A stretch of DNA of 64,000 bases, from IMG/VR virus record IMGVR_UViG_3300033153_013547, positions 197,125-261,124 of that record; one strand, given 5' to 3'. The position numbers and the translations under genes were made by a program. This document shows positions 18,234 through 27,587 of the stretch, piece after piece; positions within the stretch are counted from its first letter, which is position 1, and each line of letters begins with the position of its first letter. Below the pieces are notes generated by a model that had not been told where the DNA came from, did no database searches, and was given only the letters and a program-made list of their open reading frames with translations.

Positions 18234-19316
18234 TTACTTCCCAGATTTAGCTCTATTACATGCCTTACATAACATTTGACAATTTTCAGGAATTGTCTTT
18301 CCACCCTTATGCCATGGGGTTATGTGATCTGCTTGCATTTCATCTATCTCAAAATGCTTTTCACATTTTACACAAATGCCCTTCTGCCTTTCATATGCTT
18401 CCCTCTTCTGTCCTTCTGTAAATGCTCTAATATTTAGGTATTTTTCTTCTCTTGTCAAAACATATGAAAAAATACCAGACTTCTTGGTCACATCCTCATC
18501 TTGCATCAATTCAAATATTTCCTTATCCAACTTAACGGGGTCTATTTGTTTGTCTTTGAATTTATTGTATAAAAGTCCAAGTGGAACTTTCTTTATTTCC
18601 CTACGATAGGTAAGAAAAGTAGTTCTTGTCCAATTTATAACACGTTGGAAATATGTCCATAGATCAAGGGCGTCTGAATTATGCTGATTACGAGCCATAT
18701 AATCTTCAATATTTTTATCACTGATCCACTCAATTGCAGTTTCTAAATAATCTTGACGAATTGGAGAACCAGGCACATAATCATGAGCCAAATCATAAGC
18801 AGGACAACCAGTCTTACTGAAATATCTTTTTGCATCAGTCAACCAAGGACCAGTGTAAATAGCATTACGAAGTTCTTGATCTGTCAACTTCTCACCAGCT
18901 ATATTGATGGTTTTAAACCAGTCTAACTTTTCCTTGTCATTTCCTTCACAAAAATAAATCATCAACTTATAGTCAAGAATCTGCTCTTTCTCTGTGTCCT
19001 CAAGATTGTGAAAATACTGATAATCCAGTGAGAAATTGCCTGCTACATATTCACAAATGCTTATGGTTCTTTGCTGTCCATCCATAACTTCATAGGAACC
19101 ATCTGTGTTCTTGACCCAATACATTACATTTAGGGGAAAATCCTTTCTTACTGTTTCAATTACAGCTGCCCTTTGCTTGTCTTTGTAAATAAATTCTCGT
19201 TGATATTTTGGACGAATGTTGAGCTTTCCACCATAACCAATAACACCTTCTTCGTTGTTATTGATGTATTCATTTACTACTTCTCTGATAGTAATTTCTT
19301 TAAGTTCTATTTTCAT
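18234..19316 (-). CDS. DUF262 (GmrSD-like) + HNH endonuclease
   Basis: PKYQREFIY, EVMDGQQRT, FKTINIAGEKLT (DUF262); C-terminal CVKC...ADHITPWHKGGKT...NCQMLCKACN. Confidence 0.9.
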   Translation of the reverse strand: MKIELKEITIREVVNEYINNNEEGVIGYGGKLNIRPKYQREFIYKDKQRAAVIETVRKDFPLNVMYWVKNTDGSYEVMDGQQRTISICEYVAGNFSLDYQYFHNLEDTEKEQILDYKLMIYFCEGNDKEKLDWFKTINIAGEKLTDQELRNAIYTGPWLTDAKRYFSKTGCPAYDLAHDYVPGSPIRQDYLETAIEWISDKNIEDYMARNQHNSDALDLWTYFQRVINWTRTTFLTYRREIKKVPLGLLYNKFKDKQIDPVKLDKEIFELMQDEDVTKKSGIFSYVLTREEKYLNIRAFTEGQKREAYERQKGICVKCEKHFEIDEMQADHITPWHKGGKTIPENCQMLCKACNRAKSGK

Positions 19317-19332
19317 TTATTTATCCTGATAT

Positions 19333-19617
19333 TTATAAAATAACAACTGCATCAAGATGACCTGGTTCAAAATCTTCAAATGTAACAAAGAAATATTCGT
19401 CTTGACCATTATCAGGAGGAGATCTATTAATGATTAGGTAAGTTAGATATCCTGGTCTATATATTGCATACCATTCTTCGTTTTCGTTTCTATCTTTCTG
19501 TGATATTCTTTGTAATGATTTTTTAAACTCAGATTTTAATCTATGTTGTGCATCAATAAATGAATCAATCCCCTTCAGTAATTTTTCTAATTCACTTTTA
19601 TGTTTGGCCTGTGTCAT
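19333..19617 (-). CDS. hypothetical protein between MTase and nuclease
   Basis: ORF overlapping the MTase stop. Confidence 0.55.
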   Translation of the reverse strand: MTQAKHKSELEKLLKGIDSFIDAQHRLKSEFKKSLQRISQKDRNENEEWYAIYRPGYLTYLIINRSPPDNGQDEYFFVTFEDFEPGHLDAVVIL

Positions 19618-20555
19618 TTCATTCTCCTGTTTTTTATGAAAATTCTACTATACATTCTTTTGCCATTTATATACCCACGCCCTTTGGAAATTTCTAAATC
19701 ATACTCATTTCCCAATATTTCAAACTGCTCAGGATTGTATTTACTTAAAAATGTAATAGGCACACCCATAACACCATCATAATCCATGGGTATATTTTTC
19801 ACTTTATTAACCTCGATAGCATCGTAGTTATCATATTTTGGGTAGACCTCTTCATTTTTATAGTATTTCTTATACAAAATCAAATCTTCATGTCTTTTGG
19901 GATAGTCTAAATTGGTGAACCAACTTATAGCAGGAACCTTCCCATATTTCTTGCCAGTTTTTTCATCAATTCTATTCCATCTTTCATAATCATCAGATAG
20001 TCCAAATTCCATTACTATATTGGAGCTATTGCCCAACCAAATCTTATTTTCCTTGATCAACTTGAAAATTTCTTTGTAAGTAATAGCATTTTGATTACCA
20101 ATTATTATAAATTTCTTGTCATATTCTATCAATTGATCAACATATTCCCTAAACAATGAAAAGGGTGGATTGGTGACTACAACATCTGCTTCCTTCAATA
20201 TCTCTATACATTCAGGACTTCTAAAATCACCATTTTGCTTCAAGGGGGTTTTTATGGTGTCCATCTTATTTATCTTGCCATCATCATTGATGTCAGCAAT
20301 AAGTTCCAGTTTATATGACGGCTTATCTGTCTCAAAATGGGTGGCAATTAGTTTTTTTAGCCCCAGATGCTCAAAATTCAAGGCAAAATAATTCCAGAAA
20401 TTACTCTCTTCAGGATCATCACAATTGCAGAATATAATTTTACCTTTTAGGTGATCTTTATAGTGCTTCAATTCCCTTTCTATATCTGCTAATTGCGTAT
20501 AAAATTCATCATTCTTTGCTTTCTTTGCTTGATGTAAATTTTTATTGGCTGCCAT
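19614..20555 (-). CDS. adenine-specific DNA methyltransferase, EcoRI-methylase family
   Basis: KNDEFYT, CNCDDP, NGDFRS.EC, VVTNPPFSLFREY, GVMGVPITFL. Confidence 0.9.
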   Translation of the reverse strand: MAANKNLHQAKKAKNDEFYTQLADIERELKHYKDHLKGKIIFCNCDDPEESNFWNYFALNFEHLGLKKLIATHFETDKPSYKLELIADINDDGKINKMDTIKTPLKQNGDFRSPECIEILKEADVVVTNPPFSLFREYVDQLIEYDKKFIIIGNQNAITYKEIFKLIKENKIWLGNSSNIVMEFGLSDDYERWNRIDEKTGKKYGKVPAISWFTNLDYPKRHEDLILYKKYYKNEEVYPKYDNYDAIEVNKVKNIPMDYDGVMGVPITFLSKYNPEQFEILGNEYDLEISKGRGYINGKRMYSRIFIKNRRMK

Positions 20556-20824
20556 CACTCATCCCTCATCATACTAATATCTTTCAATCTTTCTACTGCC
20601 TTCTCATAATATTCCATACTTTCGACAACATGTTTCCATTGAATATAAACAACATCAAGCTGTCCATGTTCATCAACAAGTTTTTTGGCTGATTCCAGTA
20701 CTGCTTGTTCTGTATTTTCTGCTGGAATATCAATAAATTTTAGAAATGTTGTGTCTAATTTCACAACATACCAGCCATCCTCTTCTCCGTCCATTTCTGT
20801 TATACGATATTTATCTTCGCCCAT
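20555..20824 (-). CDS. hypothetical protein whose C-terminus duplicates the MTase end at 22538-22572
   Basis: YYEKAVERLKD vs YYDKAVERLKD. Confidence 0.55.
   Translation of the reverse strand: MGEDKYRITEMDGEEDGWYVVKLDTTFLKFIDIPAENTEQAVLESAKKLVDEHGQLDVVYIQWKHVVESMEYYEKAVERLKDISMMRDE
20579..20613. repeat. 35-bp direct repeat, copy 1
   Basis: atctttcaatctttctactgccttctcataatatt; 34/35 identical to 22538-22572. Confidence 0.9.
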
Positions 20825-20872
20825 CTAATCACCTCGGTTATCATTCCACTTTGTCCAGGAATTGTCTTTCCA

Positions 20873-21184
20873 CTAAATATAGTATAAGCCAACAATACTT
20901 ACCACAACAGACGTGATAGACACAACGAGCGCCGTGATACTTATTGCACGATTCCTTTGTCCCTCCCAGTATACCATAAAAACCTCTGCAGCGTCCTGAA
21001 GATCTTGCTTCCATTTGTCTATGCCCAGACATTTTTCTATGCCCATATTATCTATATATGGATCAATCCTCCACCACATATCACCAATGGCTTTTATTTC
21101 TTTCAAGGGCATAATTTTGGCATATATTCGTTCGACCCTAGCTTTTTCCTTGCTTCGGTGTATTGACTTGTATTTTTTGCTCAT
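20873..21184 (-). CDS. C-terminally membrane-anchored protein, paralog of 16472-16810
   Basis: Alignment by eye with 16472-16810; C-terminal TM helix. Confidence 0.65.
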   Translation of the reverse strand: MSKKYKSIHRSKEKARVERIYAKIMPLKEIKAIGDMWWRIDPYIDNMGIEKCLGIDKWKQDLQDAAEVFMVYWEGQRNRAISITALVVSITSVVVSIVGLYYI

Positions 21185-21185
21185 T

Positions 21186-21800
21186 TTACTTTCTTAGTAC
21201 GAATTTGTCGATACTTCGCTGATACACTTTCCATCGATCAAATATTTTATCTTGATCTGATATCTCGAAGCGAATTGCGTATTCGTTGTTGGTATTGTTC
21301 TTGCCTGATTCCCTTGTGCCATGAGCATAACCAGCCTTAGTTAGATCAAGCTCTTTATGCATTTCATTATTGGTTAATAGGAAAGTATAACGAACGAACT
21401 CCTCACTTCTTATGTCAAATGCTTCAACAATATAGTCTACTTCCTGCCAAGGTCTGATCTGCACTATGTTTACATTGGAACCATCGTGCATCAGCAGCGA
21501 GCACTTATATTCGAAATGGATACCATTAGCATTTCTACAATCTCCCCTACCATCAGATGCCTTGACTTTCACCAGCCCGTTTTCTCTTATGAATCTATTT
21601 TCTATTCTAGGAGCAAATGCCTGACTACTTAAGAACGACATACCATATATAAAATATTCCCAACTTTCATTGTTTCCCCAGCTCCTATCTTTGCCAATAG
21701 TTGTCTTGATATAGTTCGGTATTTTACTAGCCTCTTTTAATTGTTGCAAAGTTAGCTTGATTTTCTGCAATTCTTTTGACCGCCTTGTCGTAAAACTCAT
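21186..21800 (-). CDS. putative type II restriction endonuclease (PD-(D/E)xK)
   Basis: GRGD...HFEYKCS, NIVQIRPWQEVDY; directly downstream of an MTase. Confidence 0.6.
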   Translation of the reverse strand: MSFTTRRSKELQKIKLTLQQLKEASKIPNYIKTTIGKDRSWGNNESWEYFIYGMSFLSSQAFAPRIENRFIRENGLVKVKASDGRGDCRNANGIHFEYKCSLLMHDGSNVNIVQIRPWQEVDYIVEAFDIRSEEFVRYTFLLTNNEMHKELDLTKAGYAHGTRESGKNNTNNEYAIRFEISDQDKIFDRWKVYQRSIDKFVLRK

Positions 21801-22479
21801 TATTAGATTCTATACCAACGAATTGCCTATTCAAATTAGTAGCGGCTACAGCCGTAGTCCCACTACCAATACAATTATCTAAAACTAAATCATTTTCATT
21901 GGTATATACTTTGATTAAATACTCAAATAACTCAAGTGGTTTTTGGGTAGGATGCCCTCCCTTGATCCTCGGATTACTTATTTTGATCACGGACCTGGCA
22001 TGTCTGAAGCCTTCGTTATTTTTATAGCTTGATTTTTGCTGATTATACATATCACTTTTGTAACCAGCCTTTCGGCTTATGGAATATGGTGTTCCAATCG
22101 TTTTCTGCTCATTATATACTGGTATTTTCGTGTAAAATACCAGTATATTCTCATGCACTCTTAGGGGCTGGTGTTTTATGTTGAGCTGTCCTGATCCTAT
22201 AGTCTTTTCCCATATCAACTCATATTTAAATAACTCAATATTACTTGCTATCAATAATGAAGTAAATGGTTGTGAAGCCGTCAAGACGATGGCCCCGTTG
22301 TTCTTGATAATCCTTTTATATTCTTTCCACAATGGCTCAAAAGGTATGATCACATCCCATTTACAGTTGGTCGTTCCATATGGCAAATCACACAGGATCA
22401 TATCAATAGATCCGTCTTCAATATGTGGCATTATATCCAAACAATCTCCAAGGTAGATATTATTAGGCTCTATTTTCAT
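21727..22479 (-). CDS. beta-class N6A/N4C DNA methyltransferase
   Basis: CDLPYG (motif IV), HPTQKP, VLDNCIGSGTT (motif I). Confidence 0.9.
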   Translation of the reverse strand: MKIEPNNIYLGDCLDIMPHIEDGSIDMILCDLPYGTTNCKWDVIIPFEPLWKEYKRIIKNNGAIVLTASQPFTSLLIASNIELFKYELIWEKTIGSGQLNIKHQPLRVHENILVFYTKIPVYNEQKTIGTPYSISRKAGYKSDMYNQQKSSYKNNEGFRHARSVIKISNPRIKGGHPTQKPLELFEYLIKVYTNENDLVLDNCIGSGTTAVAATNLNRQFVGIESNNEFYDKAVKRIAENQANFATIKRG

Positions 22480-22480
22480 T

Positions 22481-23254
22481 TTACATCAACCCTTCTTCCT
22501 TCTCCTTCACATCATCCATTTCTGCATGCCTTCTTACATCTTTCAATCTTTCTACTGCCTTATCATAATATTGTTTGTCTAATTCACAACCCATAGCATT
22601 TCTACCTTGCTGTATTGCAGCTACAAGCATAGTGGCAGATCCACAAAAAGGATCCAAAACAACATCTCCAGCATTAGAATGTATATCTATAAGCTCATGC
22701 ATCAATTTCAATGGTTTTTGGGTAGGATGTAATCTCTTGCCCCCATCTCTATGTATTGGCTGACTAAAAACACCATTATGATATTTTGCATGAAATGTAG
22801 GTTTTGATCCCTTTGTGGCTACAATAGCAACTTCACGAGCATTTGTCAAATAAGATACCTTAGAATTTATAGGCACAGGAATTGTCTTGATCCATTCAAT
22901 GAAACGAAGCATTTTGAACTTTTTGCTCTTCAGCAGACAAGCCAGGGATTCTAATTTCCATAGATCATAGAACACAATGATAGTGCCCCCTTTTCTTAGC
23001 ACACGATAACATTCTCCAAAAACATTGTCAAATAAACTAGCATGATCTTCTGCAGCAATCTTGTCCCACTTACCAAAATCCATAGATATTCTTAGACGCT
23101 CAACTCCCTTGTCACCCATAGCCTGAAACCCTGTTTTCTTTGATATTTGATAAGGTGGATCAGTAAGCACAAGATCAATAGAATTATCATCTATTTCCTT
23201 GAGAAAGTCCTGGGCATCTCTATTTTCAAAAACAAGATTAGGCTTTATCTCCAT
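22481..23254 (-). CDS. beta-class N6A/N4C DNA methyltransferase
   Basis: TDPPY, HPTQKP, VLDPFCGSAT. Confidence 0.9.
   Translation of the reverse strand: MEIKPNLVFENRDAQDFLKEIDDNSIDLVLTDPPYQISKKTGFQAMGDKGVERLRISMDFGKWDKIAAEDHASLFDNVFGECYRVLRKGGTIIVFYDLWKLESLACLLKSKKFKMLRFIEWIKTIPVPINSKVSYLTNAREVAIVATKGSKPTFHAKYHNGVFSQPIHRDGGKRLHPTQKPLKLMHELIDIHSNAGDVVLDPFCGSATMLVAAIQQGRNAMGCELDKQYYDKAVERLKDVRRHAEMDDVKEKEEGLM
22538..22572. repeat. 35-bp direct repeat, copy 2
   Basis: atctttcaatctttctactgccttatcataatatt. Confidence 0.9.
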
Positions 23255-23902
23255 CTACACCAGTTCCTCTTTCACAACATCTAAAAGATTGTTGTATATT
23301 ATGCCCAATCCATTATGGAATTCTTTATCTAATTTGTTGCCTATATCCAGATAGTTTTTATTACTAACAGAATGTAATCCACTGAAATAATTATAGCCAT
23401 CATTGGGTATTGATGTGGTTATTTGATCGCCACTACTACGAAGGTTGGGTATATCCTCCCTCGATATCACGGCAAACCCTATATCCATTGTTCCCTTGCG
23501 ATTGTTGCCTCTTTGTATAGTCATTAGATAGTCAAACTCTAAATCATGTACATCTGGATCTTGACTATTATTACCCAATTTATTCTTGATCACTATTGAC
23601 TTTGCAGTTGTGAGTCGATTGGGAGATTTTTTGAGCGGTTGTTGAAACATATATGTCTGGATTTTGACAGAGATTCTATCTTTATTATTGTACATTAAAT
23701 CATATCCAACATTGTACGATGATTCCAAAACATTCTTACCAACATAAGGCTTAACAATAGTATAACACAACAAATGACTAATATGAAATCTATAATCGGG
23801 CTTATTCATTTCTGGCGGTATTCCTCTAGACGCCATCTCAATAGATTTTAATATATTGTTATGTTCCAATCGACAAAATCGTATAAAACTGCATCCAAAC
23901 AC
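23255..23902 (-). CDS. putative restriction endonuclease-like protein
   Basis: GYDL...ISVK (PD-(D/E)xK-like), IVIKN, FDYL; coupled to the upstream MTase. Confidence 0.45.
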   Translation of the reverse strand: MFGCSFIRFCRLEHNNILKSIEMASRGIPPEMNKPDYRFHISHLLCYTIVKPYVGKNVLESSYNVGYDLMYNNKDRISVKIQTYMFQQPLKKSPNRLTTAKSIVIKNKLGNNSQDPDVHDLEFDYLMTIQRGNNRKGTMDIGFAVISREDIPNLRSSGDQITTSIPNDGYNYFSGLHSVSNKNYLDIGNKLDKEFHNGLGIIYNNLLDVVKEELV

Positions 23903-24885
23903 TACTTACTTCCTTTACAATACTTGTCTATAATATTTTTGATTGAGAATTTTCCTCTTCCGTATTTCTGTTGCAAGAATAAATTCACTTCGCCCTGTCC
24001 TAAACCTTTGTCTAACAACGATTTATAATCATTACGGATCGAGGCAATTTCTCCTTCTTCTATCTTTTTGCCCTGATTTTTGGGCACAACATTTACCACT
24101 TTTTTCATGTTATCAAGATCACAACCAAATTTTATCTCTCCCAATTTACTAATATGATGATCAAAAATACTCTTATTAATCTCATATCCCACTATCTTTC
24201 TGCCCAATTTGATAGCATTATATGCTGTAGTAAAATTACCCATAAAAAAATCACACACCATATCCCCAGCATTGGATGAATATAAAATCATTTTTCTAAC
24301 CAATTCATTTGGTAGTTTGTTTTGGTTTTTTGGTATTTTGGGATCATATTCTTTATTAATAATAAAGACATCTTCTAGATCCTGATATAACAATGACTTA
24401 CCTGTGGAGGTCTTTTCTTGTGATCCAAATCTACAATAGGTATTGAAAATATTTTTGCTTTTTATGCTTTTGCTATAATATAAAATATGATAATGTGAAG
24501 TTACATATTTCTTTTTTGTATACACACCAAAATTATATTTCCAGATAATATGATTAATCTCATGTAACTTTAGGGCATAAGCTGCATTTAACACATGCCT
24601 CAAATTACTATGTCCCATGATAATATACATTGACCCATTTGGTTTCAATATTCTGGATGCTTCTGTCATCCACTCATGCGTCCATTTCCCGTAATCTGCA
24701 GGGGCTTCGACATAACCATCTATGATATTAGACGAATCTCTTTTATAGTGTTTATCAAATGATATCTCATCAATGCCAAATGGTGGATCATATATCCCTA
24801 AATCAACATGATTATCTGGGATATCTGCTCTGCTGCTCATACAATCAGCATTAAATATCTGAATTTTGGGTTTTCTTTCTCTCAT
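23902..24885 (-). CDS. beta-class DNA methyltransferase with C-terminal extension
   Basis: YDPPF, SSNAGDMVCDFFMGNFTT. Confidence 0.85.
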   Translation of the reverse strand: MRERKPKIQIFNADCMSSRADIPDNHVDLGIYDPPFGIDEISFDKHYKRDSSNIIDGYVEAPADYGKWTHEWMTEASRILKPNGSMYIIMGHSNLRHVLNAAYALKLHEINHIIWKYNFGVYTKKKYVTSHYHILYYSKSIKSKNIFNTYCRFGSQEKTSTGKSLLYQDLEDVFIINKEYDPKIPKNQNKLPNELVRKMILYSSNAGDMVCDFFMGNFTTAYNAIKLGRKIVGYEINKSIFDHHISKLGEIKFGCDLDNMKKVVNVVPKNQGKKIEEGEIASIRNDYKSLLDKGLGQGEVNLFLQQKYGRGKFSIKNIIDKYCKGSK

Positions 24886-24919
24886 TTAACCATCTCTCTT
24901 ACGTGTCATCACCATCCAT

Positions 24920-25243
24920 CTACTCTTCCTCATAATACTCAAGAAGTTCTTGAATAAGATTAGCTTTCTCTATGCTTTTTGTATAACCTGCTCGTATTCT
25001 AGCATGGTGTTGCCTTTTCACAGAATCCTTCGTTTCTTCTGGTTCCTGACATTCCTTGGTCTCTTCACCATAAATCTTGATAGACTGTGGCTGATATTGT
25101 GGATCACTATGTTGCGCACAATAAACCAAACAAGCCAAATCAGACAAGTCTTCTAATTTCTGAAGAGCTTCTCTCTTTGTCTGTGCCTCAACCATTACTT
25201 CTGCATCAATAATCCATTCAACAGGAATGATAAATTGTTTCAT
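24920..25243 (-). CDS. DpnD/PcfM-like small protein
   Basis: MKQFIIPVEW...VMVEAQTKREALQKL. Confidence 0.5.
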   Translation of the reverse strand: MKQFIIPVEWIIDAEVMVEAQTKREALQKLEDLSDLACLVYCAQHSDPQYQPQSIKIYGEETKECQEPEETKDSVKRQHHARIRAGYTKSIEKANLIQELLEYYEEE

Positions 25244-25256
25244 TATAACTCCTCCA
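25238..25256. repeat. 19-bp direct repeat at RBS/stop/start junction (second copy 25447-25465)
   Basis: tttcattataactcctcca occurs at both ends of gene 25243-25452. Confidence 0.85.
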
Positions 25257-25452
25257 CAAAATCTTCCATTTCCTCTATAGAATCTTCATCAACATGAAAC
25301 GAGTCATCTACATACCAAGCATCTCCTCCACTTTCAACACATTCTCTAGTAGACATTTTCCATGCTAATTCTAGTGCCTCTTTCTCTGTTTCAGCTTTAA
25401 CATATACATCAACACCTACTCTCCATGTAACGAAGATGGCAAACTCTTTCAT
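25243..25452 (-). CDS. DpnD/PcfM-like small protein
   Basis: MKEFAIFVTW...VYVKAETEKEALELA. Confidence 0.5.
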   Translation of the reverse strand: MKEFAIFVTWRVGVDVYVKAETEKEALELAWKMSTRECVESGGDAWYVDDSFHVDEDSIEEMEDFVEEL

Positions 25453-26024
25453 TATAACTCCTCCATAACTTTTTCCAAAATCTCATCAAGGTCAAGTGGT
25501 TTTCCTAATAATTCAGCCCATTCTGTCAACTTGATTGTTTGATGATAATCACCATCAGGATAGTAATTGGAAAGATAGGGCCAATCAAACTCAGTAAGCA
25601 CTTGTTTAGCATATTCTTTTGCTATGCCATAGGCTGTTTCATGATCATCTGCTATGATCTCAAAATAAAATTTGAAGTCGTGGCCTTTTGGTTTATAAAA
25701 TCGTTTTATAATATCATGTTCACCATAAACCGTATAACAAGGACGATGCTCCCACAATTTGAGATTCTCATCAGCACCTTCGTCTTCAATAATAATATAA
25801 CCCTTACGATCAGTATAAAAGTCCCAATTAGCTTCAGTTATACTGAAACTATATTTCATTTGGTAATCCACAATAGTCTCTATTGGATAACCAAGGATTT
25901 CACAATACTGTTGCTGATCACTATCTAATTTAGCAACAGATTTCTCAGCCAGTTCTTCTGTAGCAAACACTCCATGAATAGATGCCTTGCAATCCCTGTT
26001 GATAACTACCCATACTTCTACCAT
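25452..26024 (-). CDS. hypothetical protein
   Basis: VWVV...IHGVFATEELAE, a common phage small-domain pattern. Confidence 0.55.
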   Translation of the reverse strand: MVEVWVVINRDCKASIHGVFATEELAEKSVAKLDSDQQQYCEILGYPIETIVDYQMKYSFSITEANWDFYTDRKGYIIIEDEGADENLKLWEHRPCYTVYGEHDIIKRFYKPKGHDFKFYFEIIADDHETAYGIAKEYAKQVLTEFDWPYLSNYYPDGDYHQTIKLTEWAELLGKPLDLDEILEKVMEEL

Positions 26025-26248
26025 TCCTCTCCCTCCTCATACTCTTCCACAGGACAAACAGATTCAAGAACTCCATAATCTGTGATCTTAGCATAGAATT
26101 CCTTGCCTTTTTGTAGCAAACCTAGATCTTGTAGAGTTTCTATACCTCTGTGTTCTACATATACCATTTGATCAATTAGTTCAAGGACACCAATTGTGCC
26201 ACCATTGTAGTTGAAATCAACTACCTCTACTAATTTATAATCTGTCAT
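26018..26248 (-). CDS. hypothetical protein
   Basis: AGGAG RBS; coupled ORF. Confidence 0.55.
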   Translation of the reverse strand: MTDYKLVEVVDFNYNGGTIGVLELIDQMVYVEHRGIETLQDLGLLQKGKEFYAKITDYGVLESVCPVEEYEEGEEW

Positions 26249-26256
26249 TTTCTCTC

Positions 26257-26754
26257 CTAATTAGGCTCAATTTCTTTTACAGACACAATGTCTTTCCACG
26301 TATTAGGCACATCCATATTGTAAGACAAGTGAAGTTCTGCTTCACCCAATGTCTTTACAATTTCTTTAGCATGCTTGGCATTCTTTGCAACAACATGTGT
26401 AGTATAATTTTTGGTAACATCCAGTTCCACAGCATATTCTTTACCCTCAGTGTTTTCTGAATCTTCAATAATTTCTACATCCATTAGAGAAGCCACAAGA
26501 CTAAGATCTAATACCACAGGTGTGCAATCCATTTTACCTATCCCAGACTCATACCATCTATAGATTGTAAGATTGTGCCGTTTATTATAATCCTGCGTAT
26601 CAGCACTTGCCTCATCTTCTTCTACCAATCCATAAGATGGATCATGATCATCTTCTGGCAATCCTAATTCCATGGTATATTCAGAAATACCAGCAATCTT
26701 TGTTCTTGCATATGCCAAAAATACCTTAGGAGTCATTTTGGTTTTCTCTGTCAT
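26257..26754 (-). CDS. hypothetical protein with C-terminal DpnD-like module
   Basis: EYAVELDVTKNYTTHVVAKNAKHAKEIVK. Confidence 0.5.
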   Translation of the reverse strand: MTEKTKMTPKVFLAYARTKIAGISEYTMELGLPEDDHDPSYGLVEEDEASADTQDYNKRHNLTIYRWYESGIGKMDCTPVVLDLSLVASLMDVEIIEDSENTEGKEYAVELDVTKNYTTHVVAKNAKHAKEIVKTLGEAELHLSYNMDVPNTWKDIVSVKEIEPN

Positions 26755-26761
26755 AATGTCC

Positions 26762-27016
26762 TCACTTTGCTTTAAAATTGAACATACTAAGACAAATACT
26801 CAATAGAAGAGCTTGCCAATAATTGATAGCAGGTAGGCCAAATATACAACACATAAACCACACATTCCAGAATAACTGGATAAACAAAGCAATCACAAAT
26901 ATTAAGCAAACTCCTGCCACAATTGCTCCCCACATTGTTTGTTTCTCATTCATCATTTTTCCTCTCAAGATCTTCTGTCTCTTGCTCAAGATCTCTAATA
27001 TCTTGTTTGAGATCAC
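26762..27016 (-). CDS. small membrane protein (true start probably ~26953)
   Basis: Hydrophobic; LPAINYWQALLL motif. Confidence 0.55.
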   Translation of the reverse strand: MISNKILEILSKRQKILRGKMMNEKQTMWGAIVAGVCLIFVIALFIQLFWNVWFMCCIFGLPAINYWQALLLSICLSMFNFKAK

Positions 27017-27206
27017 CCACTTTCTCTTGCAGAAATTCTTTGTCTTCTTTCAATGTGTTTCTGGTATCAAGCAATGTTGTATATTGTTTCCAATAATCAA
27101 TTAAGGCTCTTACCTCTCGTTGTGACAACTGCACAAATTCATTGTCTAACAGCCTTTTCTCTATATCTGAAATATCTTCCTTGCCTAATCTATATTCATA
27201 TACCAT
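26946..27206 (-). CDS. coiled-coil hypothetical protein
   Basis: Heptad-like C-terminus. Confidence 0.5.
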   Translation of the reverse strand: MVYEYRLGKEDISDIEKRLLDNEFVQLSQREVRALIDYWKQYTTLLDTRNTLKEDKEFLQEKVGDLKQDIRDLEQETEDLERKNDE

Positions 27207-27329
27207 TCCTCAATCTCCTTTGGACTATAATACTGGTAATTTATTGTTATGCCATGAATGCAAATCTTCTGCCAAACCTGATCCAGTGCATCCAGCAAGT
27301 TCAATGTTTTCTAAATGGTAATTCATTTT

Positions 27330-27527
27330 CTACTCCTCCAATTCATTTACTGTCCACTCATCTGGATCAAGGGTGTGATTATATTCAAAACCAGTGAGCA
27401 TAATTCCCTTTGATTCGTCCTCTTCACAAAGACCATCATTTAACTTTTTGACTGCTTCTTCTTTTGAACCAGCATTAACTACAAAATATGCGAAATGAAT
27501 TTCCTTGACTCCTACTTCAAATTTCAT
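27330..27527 (-). CDS. DpnD/PcfM-like small protein
   Basis: MKFEVGVKEI...VVNAGSKEEAVKKL. Confidence 0.55.
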   Translation of the reverse strand: MKFEVGVKEIHFAYFVVNAGSKEEAVKKLNDGLCEEDESKGIMLTGFEYNHTLDPDEWTVNELEE

Positions 27528-27587
27528 TTTACACCTCGTCAGATAATTGCACCATCCATCGATCAACATTTTGTTTTTCTTCAGTCA

